In this document: positions 1-8,165 of the stretch, in pieces
Numbering within the stretch: the first letter of the stretch is position 1
Layout of the letters: the number at the start of each line of letters is the position of its first letter
Made by a program: the position numbers and the translations under genes
Source: a virus
Taxonomy: Duplodnaviria > Caudoviricetes
Strand: one strand, 5' to 3'
DNA: 64,000 nucleotides
IMG/VR virus record: IMGVR_UViG_3300016649_000097
Coordinates: 22,585-86,584 of that record
Notes under the pieces: generated by a model
Databases searched by the model: none
Told to the model about the DNA's origin: nothing
What the model saw: only the letters and a program-made list of their open reading frames with translations

Positions 1-407
1 ACAGACGGACTCGGAGCAGAAGATGGAGAGGATTCTGCGGTTGGAGCAACAGTTACGGTCGCTCCGTCAGAAACAGTCGGAGTTGGAAGAGGAGTTGAAG
101 TGGAAGCAGGCGAGGGTTCTTGCGTTGGAGTCGGACTTGGAGAGGGTTCAGTCGAAGTTGATGTGGAAGGAGTAGGAGATGCAACAGGTGCTGTGGTTTC
201 TGTTGGGGTTGGGCTTGGGGTTGGCTCTGGACTGGGTGTTGGTGAAGGTGATGCTGCGTTCGATTGAGCGGAGGATTCTTGCGCTGGAGGTTCATCAGCG
301 TAGGCAAGAGATATCGTTAAGAGAACGTAGATAAACGCTGCTCCTAGTAAAAAGTATATTCGATTAAAGAAACCAGATTGTGCTGCGGATGAACGCAGTA
401 GTTTCAA
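1..407 (-). CDS. Secreted or membrane-anchored Pro/Ser/Thr-rich protein (continues beyond window start)
   Basis: Own translation, absent from the ORF track: TTG at 407 after GAGGGG; MKLLRSS...LLGAAFIYVLLTISLAYA|DEPP then SPSPTPSPEPTP repeats, open to base 1. Confidence 0.8.
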   Translation of the reverse strand, partial: MKLLRSSAAQSGFFNRIYFLLGAAFIYVLLTISLAYADEPPAQESSAQSNAASPSPTPSPEPTPSPTPTETTAPVASPTPSTSTSTEPSPSPTPTQEPSPASTSTPLPTPTVSDGATVTVAPTAESSPSSAPSPS

Positions 408-444
408 GAAACCCCTCGGAAACTTGTACCCCTCAGAGGTTAGA

Positions 445-678
445 TTATACTGGTTTCCAGTTTCTGCGCACTATCAACTTCGCTGCAGCAGGATTGTGTG
501 AGTTAACAGATTCTCCTTGCACACCACGTCCACGATTGTTCCAAGATACAACACTTGGTTCTGCTTTTGATTTGTAACCAAGGTTTGCGTTGTAACCAAA
601 GTGCTGTTTAATTCCACGACGTTGATTAACCATAAGTGTTTTTCTATCTAGTTTAGGTGAACCAAAAAAATTTTCCAT
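445..678 (-). CDS. Hypothetical protein
   Basis: 77 aa ORF abutting the upstream gene in the minus-strand run. Confidence 0.6.
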   Translation of the reverse strand: MENFFGSPKLDRKTLMVNQRRGIKQHFGYNANLGYKSKAEPSVVSWNNRGRGVQGESVNSHNPAAAKLIVRRNWKPV

Positions 679-1058
679 TAGAGAACTGCACCTCCACCAT
701 TAAATGTTGTTCCACCAATTCCCATTCCATCAGCAGGTGTCGCCGTTCTTCCAGAATCTGAAATCGGTGCATTCTGTTCTTGATTAGGCATACCAGTTCC
801 TGAACCCATTGCACCAACCATATTTGGGTATAAACCAAACCAAAATCCTGCGCCTGTATAACCTGATTCTCTTTTTCTCTTGAAACGGCGACGTTTACTC
901 TCTTCAACTGTTTCCATATAGTCATTAAACTGAGAGGCAAGGTTATTCACACGAGGACCCACGCTATATCTGCCATAACTTCCTTTGATGCCACCAAACA
1001 TCCCTTGACCAAGAACGTATCTACTGTCTTCCATAGTTGAATACACCTTCTGGGTCAT
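678..1058 (-). CDS. Hypothetical Gly-rich protein
   Basis: 126 aa ORF with overlapping start/stop coupling. Confidence 0.65.
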   Translation of the reverse strand: MTQKVYSTMEDSRYVLGQGMFGGIKGSYGRYSVGPRVNNLASQFNDYMETVEESKRRRFKRKRESGYTGAGFWFGLYPNMVGAMGSGTGMPNQEQNAPISDSGRTATPADGMGIGGTTFNGGGAVL

Positions 1059-1242
1059 AGACCTGTATTGACTTCAGTACAAGAGGAGTTGCAACTTGAC
1101 GGGCATGATGACCACAGAAATACAACTCTCCAGTAACTAGTGTTGCACGAACCATTGCTGCTGCACCGCACTTATCGCACCTATCTAACGCAGTTAGAGG
1201 GGCTCTAGTGTCGGTAGTAGTCACTACAGTGGTCGCTTGCAC
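1021..1242 (-). CDS. Small actinobacterial-type Zn-binding protein (DUF7455-like)
   Basis: LTALDRCDKCG...GELYFCGHH pattern. Confidence 0.65.
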   Translation of the reverse strand: MQATTVVTTTDTRAPLTALDRCDKCGAAAMVRATLVTGELYFCGHHARQVATPLVLKSIQVYDPEGVFNYGRQ

Positions 1243-1796
1243 TCGCTACATACTTTGGCTTGAGCAGGTGCTGCTGCAGCCTCAGTCTTTGCCGCTCCTT
1301 TAAACTTTGGACGACCAAAGCCAACGATAGATATCTGTACATTCTGTTTGTTCTTCTTGTAGGCGCGAAGTTTCTTAACAACTTCCCCACCATTGCGCTG
1401 TGATTTCTTTGGGTCGCCAGAAGTGTTACCTTCGATGCACCATACGGTGCCGTCTTCGTTATCCTTAATAACGATACCGACGTGAGAGATGCGCTCTACG
1501 CCATCGCCAGGAAAATCAAAGTAAGCGATATCGCCAGGTTCTGGGTCACAAATCTGTGCGTCATACCAACGACCAGACTTCTTAAACGCTGCAGCGCCAC
1601 CTGGTGTGTAGACAGTGTTTGGAACTTTTACTCCAGCCTTGTCTGCGCACCACATAACGAATGAACCGCACCATGGTTGGAAGTTGGCTTTTGTAAATGC
1701 GCCATACTTGGTCTCGTTGTCTTTTGGACCTTCGATGTAACCAATTTCTTCTTTGGCAATCTCAATTAACTTGGCTGCCGTTCCTAGTTCTGCCAT
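1224..1796 (-). CDS. CHAP/NlpC-P60 endolysin
   Basis: WCGSFVMWC catalytic Cys, ISHVGIV His, IEGNT; start at ATG 1796 overlapping the upstream stop (TAATG). Confidence 0.85.
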   Translation of the reverse strand: MAELGTAAKLIEIAKEEIGYIEGPKDNETKYGAFTKANFQPWCGSFVMWCADKAGVKVPNTVYTPGGAAAFKKSGRWYDAQICDPEPGDIAYFDFPGDGVERISHVGIVIKDNEDGTVWCIEGNTSGDPKKSQRNGGEVVKKLRAYKKNKQNVQISIVGFGRPKFKGAAKTEAAAAPAQAKVCSECKRPL

Positions 1797-2212
1797 TAGT
1801 CTTTGTCCCATCCTTCGTCAATTTCTTGCTCATCAGGCATTTGACTGTTGTCTTTACCGGAGTTTAACTCACTTACTACTTCTTCAGGAGAAGATGCAAC
1901 AGACTCTTCTGCAACTGGTGTAATTTCTGAAACAGGTGAAGAACCATTCTCCATTGCTTCTTTCATTTCTTGGGCGCCACTCTTACCGATGAGTAGACCA
2001 GCAAGAGTACCGGTAATAAATGTAGCAACGCTGCCCAACACGTTAAAGAACATCTTGTCATTTTCAGATTGGGCATTCACTGGTTGAGTAACAAAGATAA
2101 GAGCGTAAAGAATTCCTAGTGTTGTTGATAGGAGAATGACTCCAAGCATAATTCCTAGTGCAAACTTTAATCGTGCATCTAGTTCTGCTGATGTATACCT
2201 TGTATTACTCAT
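1796..2212 (-). CDS. Two-TM membrane protein, holin-like
   Basis: MSNTRY start at 2212; two hydrophobic helices, acidic C-terminus; directly upstream of the endolysin. Confidence 0.6.
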   Translation of the reverse strand: MSNTRYTSAELDARLKFALGIMLGVILLSTTLGILYALIFVTQPVNAQSENDKMFFNVLGSVATFITGTLAGLLIGKSGAQEMKEAMENGSSPVSEITPVAEESVASSPEEVVSELNSGKDNSQMPDEQEIDEGWDKD

Positions 2213-2426
2213 TTGTGGTTTCCTCTGTGTTGTCCGATGTTCCTGGCAATGTACCTGGTGCAACCAAGTCTTCTGGACATGCGCCAGCAACAGTGCATAA
2301 TGGTGGTTTGCACTCCTCATTCTCCCAGTTCGCTGGGTCTTGGCAAGGATAACGGTAGTGACCATCGTATCCACAACCCGTTAGAAGGGCTGTAAGGGCC
2401 AAGAGGAGCGTAGTTAGTTTTAGCAC
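2205..2426 (-). CDS. Small Cys-rich lipoprotein
   Basis: Signal peptide with lipobox LTG-C; CQDPANW..ECKPPLC..GAC. Confidence 0.75.
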   Translation of the reverse strand: MLKLTTLLLALTALLTGCGYDGHYRYPCQDPANWENEECKPPLCTVAGACPEDLVAPGTLPGTSDNTEETTNE

Positions 2427-2438
2427 GAACTGATTTTA

Positions 2439-2702
2439 TCAGTCTTGCTGGATTCCGAGCCTTTCTAAGTACTTCTCTTTTTCTTGCATGAGGAACTCCT
2501 CAATGCGCTTATATTGCTCTTGAGCCTTATCTTCGGTTGCCTTGACCTGTTCTTCGGTCAAATCACCCATCCCATCCTTGAAAGTCTGAATGGCTAGGTC
2601 TAGTTCGGTTTTGGCAAGTGCGGCCCGAAGTTGTGCCCGCTCCCACCGTGCTTCTGCGTGTCGAATCTTCTTCCTCTTTCTTTTTTCTTGTTTCTTAGAC
2701 AT
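2439..2702 (-). CDS. Hypothetical coiled-coil protein
   Basis: 87 aa charged helical ORF. Confidence 0.65.
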   Translation of the reverse strand: MSKKQEKRKRKKIRHAEARWERAQLRAALAKTELDLAIQTFKDGMGDLTEEQVKATEDKAQEQYKRIEEFLMQEKEKYLERLGIQQD

Positions 2703-3201
2703 TTACCAACTCCGGTATGGAGTCATTGAATTCGTGTAGAGGTATTCTCCAAGAACCTTCAGGGGCGTATATCCACTCATCTCTCTGCACATCTTCCATT
2801 CGAAGCCATCCATAAACTTCTACCTGTGAGTAGTAGTCGCGGTCGAGTACGCGTGCGCCCACGAGAAGACGACCAGGTGTTATATCTTTTGGAAAGACTG
2901 GAATCTCATCACGGGTTCTAACGCTCTTGACTTCCACATTAGAGCCAACATCTGGAATGTGCTTTCTAAATGGATGTTCTTCATTTGGATAGAACGGAAA
3001 TGTAAGTGGCATCTTATAAAGTTTTGCAACAGCATATTCTGCAACGATAGTGCGAACGTTTGCTGATATCTCTGGTTCTAGTTTTGATTTATTATCGCCT
3101 GCATAGTTTGGTCTATCAACACTGCCCCACTTCATCATCCATCGATTAAGAGCAATGTCTGCACAGGCTCTGACTTCTTCTTTGCTTAGGTTAACAATCA
3201 T
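2695..3201 (-). CDS. Putative PD-(D/E)XK nuclease-like protein
   Basis: AEYAV...PDV..NVEVKS motif. Confidence 0.5.
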   Translation of the reverse strand: MIVNLSKEEVRACADIALNRWMMKWGSVDRPNYAGDNKSKLEPEISANVRTIVAEYAVAKLYKMPLTFPFYPNEEHPFRKHIPDVGSNVEVKSVRTRDEIPVFPKDITPGRLLVGARVLDRDYYSQVEVYGWLRMEDVQRDEWIYAPEGSWRIPLHEFNDSIPELVNV

Positions 3202-3280
3202 GACTTGAGCCTAGCAGATTAAATGGGCAGTTTTTGCGTGCTCATACCCAGGAGCCTCTTATTAAATTGTGTGACGTAGG

Positions 3281-3775
3281 TTACTCGACTTTAATGGTCC
3301 GTGGTCTCTTATGTTCAGGAATTTCTCTTTCGAGTCGTACTGTAAGCACGCCATCCTTCATATTGGCAGATATGACCTTAACATCGTCAGCCAATGCAAA
3401 GTTCTGCTCAAAGTCACGAGCGGCTATGCCCTTATGTACATAATCGGCTGAGTCTGTGTCTTTCTTACCTGTAATAGTAAGTTGGTTCTCTTTGTAAATG
3501 ATATCGATGTCGTCTTTGGTAAACCCAGCAGCAGCAATCTCAATCAGGTAAGTCTCTTCGTCATCTACCTGAATGATGTTATATGGCGGGTATGTGGATT
3601 TACTTGCATTACGCAACTCTTCAAGAAGTTGGAAGTGACGGTCAAACCCGACAGTCCAAGAGTTTAAAAAGGGTGATAGAACCGCAAATGGATTTACAGG
3701 TTTTTCTACAATTTTTCCGTAATCGTAGTCCGGGTATTTGTATTGTTTCTTTTTAGATACTTCATAGGGTGTCAT
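3281..3775 (-). CDS. hsp20: Small heat-shock protein (Hsp20/IbpA family)
   Basis: YPPYNI..YLIEIAAAGF..YVHKGIAARDFEQNFAL..MKDGVLTV alpha-crystallin signature. Confidence 0.95.
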   Translation of the reverse strand: MTPYEVSKKKQYKYPDYDYGKIVEKPVNPFAVLSPFLNSWTVGFDRHFQLLEELRNASKSTYPPYNIIQVDDEETYLIEIAAAGFTKDDIDIIYKENQLTITGKKDTDSADYVHKGIAARDFEQNFALADDVKVISANMKDGVLTVRLEREIPEHKRPRTIKVE

Positions 3776-3831
3776 AATCTCTCCTTAGACGAGACTAGTT
3801 AATGGCTCCCAAATGGCAAGCCGTATATGTA

Positions 3832-3860
3832 ACCCTACAAGATTGTGATTTATTTCACAA
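3832..3860 (-). promoter_or_regulatory. SigA-type promoter for hsp20 overlapped by a perfect CRP-type box
   Basis: Minus strand TTGTGA-17bp-TAGGGT; TGTGA-TTTATT-TCACA at 3844-3859. Confidence 0.6.
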
Positions 3861-3940
3861 AAGTTAGTATGCCTGCTGTTGGAGCCAAGCAAGATAGTTC
3901 AGTATTGCAAAGATTAGAATAAAGATGCCTATCACAATCT

Positions 3941-4492
3941 TCACTTCTTTAACTGACGCTCTATTTGAAACGGCCCAGAAGTATTAACGTCTATCTTCTC
4001 AGCAACAGCCATAGCCTTCTCTGGCTTCACACCAGCATATAAAGCCCCAAGAGCATATGGAGAGCCAGAGCCAACGCCATAGAAGCCAGCATCTGACATA
4101 CAGACAGACATATCATCGCCCACATCAAATAACTGACCATTGACTGCTATTAACAGGTTGAACCTTGACTCACCTGATTTGCCATCTTCTTTGCCCTCGT
4201 TGAAATCAAATCCGTTGTCTTCTAGACATTTACGAAGTGATGGCATCAACTTAGCGATAACGAAGTGATAAGTGTTCTTTCTATCTTTGGCAGTCATGGC
4301 AGGTGGGTTCCATAGATGTTGAGCGATATCGCAAGGAGCAACTTCACCTGAACCTGCAACAAGGTATTCGCCTACCTTGCTAATCTTCTTCATTTCAGGA
4401 TGCTTATATCTGCGCCCACCATCAAGTGTTACTTGATTGTCTGCCATCAACAAGCACGAATCGTCATACTGCACACCGATAATCGTGGTCAT
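3941..4492 (-). CDS. HslV/proteasome-beta-like Ntn threonine protease
   Basis: N-terminal M-T-T-I, ADNQVT, KI..AGSG, GSGSPYALGAL. Confidence 0.85.
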   Translation of the reverse strand: MTTIIGVQYDDSCLLMADNQVTLDGGRRYKHPEMKKISKVGEYLVAGSGEVAPCDIAQHLWNPPAMTAKDRKNTYHFVIAKLMPSLRKCLEDNGFDFNEGKEDGKSGESRFNLLIAVNGQLFDVGDDMSVCMSDAGFYGVGSGSPYALGALYAGVKPEKAMAVAEKIDVNTSGPFQIERQLKK

Positions 4493-4569
4493 TGGGTTCC
4501 CTTCGCCAGGACCCTAGGATACCAAATGGCCCCACAGGGCCCCCAGGCTAAAGGTATGCCCGATTTGCC

Positions 4570-4755
4570 CTAGATGCTCCACCAGCCACGTATTGTGCCG
4601 CCCTCAACTGGACACTTGTAGGCAAGGTGACGACCCTGCTCGTAGTACTCCTTGAACAGACGACTCGCCAACTCCCGGTCAGGCTCGTGCGTGTCGCGCC
4701 CGCACGCGGGGCAAATCGCCGCCCCGACATATTCATAGACGTGTAGGCAGGTCAC
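4570..4755 (-). CDS. Small Cys/His hypothetical protein
   Basis: 61 aa, CxH..CPAC, GTG start coupled to the upstream stop. Confidence 0.5.
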   Translation of the reverse strand: MTCLHVYEYVGAAICPACGRDTHEPDRELASRLFKEYYEQGRHLAYKCPVEGGTIRGWWSI

Positions 4756-5300
4756 TCGAACTCCTTGAACAGATGTGGATGCAACTCTTCTGGTTGATAG
4801 TTCTCAGGGACAGGCCATGGGTCGATGCTTCCCATGTGCTTTCTCTCTAACGTTAATGGCGCACCAATTCCTTGTTTCTTTCGCTCACCTGGACCCCACC
4901 CGCTTGCACCTGAGTAAACAAAGACTGGAACATGACTATGTCCCGCTAACTCTGCTGCAGCAAGACGATGATGTCCTTCTCCTAGATAACCCCATTGATG
5001 CTTTGTACTATGTTCTAGCATTAGCGGTTCTTTGATAACACCGCCGGATTTTAATTCTTGGGCGATTTCATTTATGCGCTTTTCACTATCTCCAGTGCTA
5101 TGTTCGCCTTGTCTGTCGTATTCACGATACTTCTTCACCTCAGAGATAGGCAGCATGGCAGTAATGCTTCTGCTTCTATCTCCTGCAAGGTGACCAATAC
5201 CACCAGATTTACGAATCTGTGTGCCTTCAGGAATGGGCAGGCCTAACTTAGGGATGGTTGGTTGTTCCCATTGCTTTCCTAGATTATCTGAGGCGCTCAT
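4752..5300 (-). CDS. ParB/Srx-like domain protein
   Basis: IKEPLML..LGEGHHRLAAAELAGHSHVPV. Confidence 0.8.
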   Translation of the reverse strand: MSASDNLGKQWEQPTIPKLGLPIPEGTQIRKSGGIGHLAGDRSRSITAMLPISEVKKYREYDRQGEHSTGDSEKRINEIAQELKSGGVIKEPLMLEHSTKHQWGYLGEGHHRLAAAELAGHSHVPVFVYSGASGWGPGERKKQGIGAPLTLERKHMGSIDPWPVPENYQPEELHPHLFKEFE

Positions 5301-5704
5301 GCCTTAGTCCTTTTGGGCTTTTTAAACTTTCTAGTCTTGGTGCTGCCAAAGTCATCAGTGACTCGTGTTACTCCTGTTAAAGTTACCTCTGCGCCACTTT
5401 TTACTGGCAATTCTTCTTCTAAAGGATTGTAATCAATGGCGTGCTTTTCTCTAAAGGCTTTTTTATCTTGATATGAAGAAATTGGTACTTCTGCGTGGAG
5501 TATGTACTGTTTAGCGTTTCTTTTACTTAAGAACCGATTTTCTGGCGCCCCTGTAGAAAAAGCCTCTGCTACATCGTGAGCATGAGTCCAGTGAGTGCCC
5601 AAATTTTGCAAATCTAATTTTTGACCTCTTGGAACATTGACGCCCCTATGAACTTCCCATGACAGTTCTGGCTGATGCCATTGACGGCCTAAGTTTCTGT
5701 TCAT
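5297..5704 (-). CDS. ADP-ribosyltransferase-fold-like small protein
   Basis: VHRG..LGTHWT..VAEAF..ILHAEV..EEELPV pattern; start MNRNLGRQW at 5704. Confidence 0.5.
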   Translation of the reverse strand: MNRNLGRQWHQPELSWEVHRGVNVPRGQKLDLQNLGTHWTHAHDVAEAFSTGAPENRFLSKRNAKQYILHAEVPISSYQDKKAFREKHAIDYNPLEEELPVKSGAEVTLTGVTRVTDDFGSTKTRKFKKPKRTKA

Positions 5705-6105
5705 GACATTGGACCCATTGGAGAACGCTTTGGTAGAGCACCACCTACATTCTTTGCCCACTCTTCTCCTTCTGGTGTTCTGTGCTTAGAATGTTGGGGC
5801 GCCTTTATTCCAGTATCGGTCGCTAACTTATGTGCCTTCTCCCATAGAGTAGTAGCGACACCAAGGCCTCGATAATCCTGATGTGTGCGAACCCAGTTGA
5901 CCTCTCCTGTCTGTGGATGCCATTGGAGAGTTCCTACTAGTTTTGGCTTTGCTTTACCTTCCTCCATGTGGGTGTCATTGGTAGCAATTGCTTGAATCTG
6001 GTGATAAGCAAAGAAGCCCTTCTTACTAGGCGCGGTATATTTAAATTGGACGTCAGATAAGTTACGTGGCTTATTGGGGTCAGATGGCTTTGGTGTCTTT
6101 TTCAT
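5701..6105 (-). CDS. GNAT-family acetyltransferase-like protein
   Basis: VRTHQDYRGLGVATTLW acetyl-CoA binding motif A. Confidence 0.75.
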   Translation of the reverse strand: MKKTPKPSDPNKPRNLSDVQFKYTAPSKKGFFAYHQIQAIATNDTHMEEGKAKPKLVGTLQWHPQTGEVNWVRTHQDYRGLGVATTLWEKAHKLATDTGIKAPQHSKHRTPEGEEWAKNVGGALPKRSPMGPMS

Positions 6106-6500
6106 CAGTGGTGGAAGTGCTCTCCGTCAAGAGTTGTGTGAGGCTCATCGGTATATTTGTTATGGTCATGATGATGTAGGGCGATTAATTCTTGATGAGT
6201 CATTTCTCTATCATCTCCGCCTTTAGGACGAACACCTGGGATATGGTCATCTTCATGACTGTTACGCCATTCGGCGTGTCTTCCCATCATGTGACCATTG
6301 TCGGATTTCAGGTGGTCCAATAGGTCTGCATGGTCATGGATGTCTACTGTTCTGGTTCTTTCGACTTCTGCGCCCATATGCTGTAAATCTCGCGCCTGCA
6401 CGAAGGCCTTCATTCTCTCTACCTCTTCTGGAGAGAACTCAATATGAAAGTGATTAGTTCCTGCTGATTCGCATTTGGGGTCTTTGCAATTTTCTTCCAT
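6105..6500 (-). CDS. His-rich hypothetical protein
   Basis: 131 aa with many His residues (HHHDH, HFHH). Confidence 0.65.
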   Translation of the reverse strand: MEENCKDPKCESAGTNHFHIEFSPEEVERMKAFVQARDLQHMGAEVERTRTVDIHDHADLLDHLKSDNGHMMGRHAEWRNSHEDDHIPGVRPKGGDDREMTHQELIALHHHDHNKYTDEPHTTLDGEHFHH

Positions 6501-6502
6501 GG

Positions 6503-6685
6503 TTATGCCTTTGTACTAGAAGCAGTATTAGACGCCCCTGAAGGAGGCATCATCTGCATTGCGGTATTTACATATAACTTTTTGGGCATCTCTTTGCGGA
6601 AGTAGAATTGCTCCCCAGATAACGCCTTATGCATCAGTTCCTGATGGAACTTCTGTGTAGGGTTCTTTCGTACTACCGCAGCCAT
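6503..6685 (-). CDS. Hypothetical protein
   Basis: 60 aa; CATAAT 6 nt before the ATG. Confidence 0.6.
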   Translation of the reverse strand: MAAVVRKNPTQKFHQELMHKALSGEQFYFRKEMPKKLYVNTAMQMMPPSGASNTASSTKA

Positions 6686-6725
6686 AAGGACATTATGAGG
6701 CCGTTACTGAGAAAATTTGGGCTGA

Positions 6726-7172
6726 TTAAGAAAACTGCTGAGGATTTAGGTTGTTGCTCTTCATTAGGCCCTCAAATCTTTCGCCCAACTCCTTGTCATG
6801 AGTCATAGTCTGTTGACGATAATGGTCCAGTTCAGAACGAAGTTTTGGCATATGTCTAGAGAACGCCTTAGTAATGGGATGCTTTTCACCTAAGTTGTAA
6901 TGTGCTACCTGATGACCTGACGAAAGAGCGTCATAGACATGTCCCATGTGAGTTGAGGCTTCTGAGTAATTCCTCTCTTCATGTGCCTGATTAGCAAAGG
7001 TATGGTGCATGTTGGCTGCATCTAGATACTTTTTTAAATAGACTGAAGTAACTGCGGCATGAGTGCCTTGTGTAGGTTTGTTGTTTTCTAAAGAGTACTG
7101 AATACCACCGACCAAGGCTCCAAATCTCCAGTGAGCCTTGTCCTTATCCATAGGACCGCTAAGAGGATTCAT
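6726..7172 (-). CDS. Hypothetical helical protein
   Basis: 148 aa ORF ending NLNPQQFS. Confidence 0.65.
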   Translation of the reverse strand: MNPLSGPMDKDKAHWRFGALVGGIQYSLENNKPTQGTHAAVTSVYLKKYLDAANMHHTFANQAHEERNYSEASTHMGHVYDALSSGHQVAHYNLGEKHPITKAFSRHMPKLRSELDHYRQQTMTHDKELGERFEGLMKSNNLNPQQFS

Positions 7173-7349
7173 TTAATCCCCTTCGTAACCTCGATAAGAA
7201 CCTTCATACTCATCAAACTCACCCTTACGAGCATCTGGCTTGAATGGAGTTTTTAATGCCTCAGAAAGGTCTTCACCATAAGGCAAACGAGAAATTTCAT
7301 CAGGATTGTGATAATCCTCGAATTGACGACCTAGGTTTCTTCTTGCCAT
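7173..7349 (-). CDS. 58 aa protein (MARRNLGRQF...)
   Basis: Own translation, below the ORF-track cutoff; GGGG RBS; stop abuts the next ATG. Confidence 0.7.
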   Translation of the reverse strand: MARRNLGRQFEDYHNPDEISRLPYGEDLSEALKTPFKPDARKGEFDEYEGSYRGYEGD

Positions 7350-7393
7350 TCCCCAAGGATATGGCTACTGCCTCAAAAATTTAGCGTGAAATC

Positions 7394-7531
7394 TTATTTC
7401 TTAGGGGAGGTACGAGGATATGGTTCGACTTTCGCCTTGATTGTTCCATCTTTTCTTAGGCGAACAATCCAACCATCTTTAATCTGGGTCTTATTAAAGC
7501 CTCTGTGGACTTTTAACTTACCTGAACTCAT
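7394..7531 (-). CDS. 45 aa basic protein (MSSGKLKVHRGFN...)
   Basis: Own translation; ATGA overlap with the upstream gene. Confidence 0.65.
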   Translation of the reverse strand: MSSGKLKVHRGFNKTQIKDGWIVRLRKDGTIKAKVEPYPRTSPKK

Positions 7532-7755
7532 TTTTGTCCCCTAACGAGATTGATACACGAATCAATTACTTTAAAGATGGTCTGCTCTACTTCATCAATG
7601 GGTGGAGGTGGAGGATACAGCCCCTCAAGTTCTTGGGCGATTAATACTCGCTCTTCTTGACGAGCCTTAGATAGGCGTTGGCAGTCAAAACAGGCTCCCT
7701 TGAAGGACTTACCCCTGTCGTCATTGGCGAATCTGCAAAACTTGTCGTGCTTCAT
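7528..7755 (-). CDS. Hypothetical protein with CxxC
   Basis: MKHDKFC..CFDCQR; first gene of the leftward run. Confidence 0.55.
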   Translation of the reverse strand: MKHDKFCRFANDDRGKSFKGACFDCQRLSKARQEERVLIAQELEGLYPPPPPIDEVEQTIFKVIDSCINLVRGQK

Positions 7756-7895
7756 AGCCGCGAAGACTAACACATTGGCGGCCTTCGGCTACTGCCTAGC
7801 CCCAAACCCTCCACCTATGTCTTTCACCTGGCTGTTCTTCCGGCGATTCTCGCTTAATGGTGGGGGGGGTTATGTAATTTTTTATTTGATGACAC

Positions 7896-7924
7896 TTACC
7901 ACCTGACTACTAATCAGGTGGTAA
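7896..7924. repeat. Perfect 11-bp inverted repeat
   Basis: TTACCACCTGA-ctactaa-TCAGGTGGTAA. Confidence 0.9.
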
Positions 7925-8165
7925 TTGTTCAACTCATGCTCAATTTATTTATTATTAAATAGTTTGGTGACAACTTTGGTGACAATAACTTTGGCTACTG
8001 TCTATTTAGCAACAAGGTTCGTGCGACCACTACCAAGTCATCAGACCACTTGGCTAGTTGTTATCAGGTAGTTAGCACCGGACTAGTTGTTATCACTTGC
8101 TACTCGCTTCGCGTTGCTATGTGAATCTATACAACTAACTAACTAACAATCTGTTATGTGTAGAT

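Noticed and set aside
53-307. 84 aa Gln/His/Leu-rich ORF in the track
   Set aside because: Alternate frame of the real P/S/T-rich gene (1-407), which has an RBS and signal peptide
7862-7869. G8 homopolymer as a phase-variation tract
   Set aside because: Non-coding and not placed between identifiable promoter elements; no support for function
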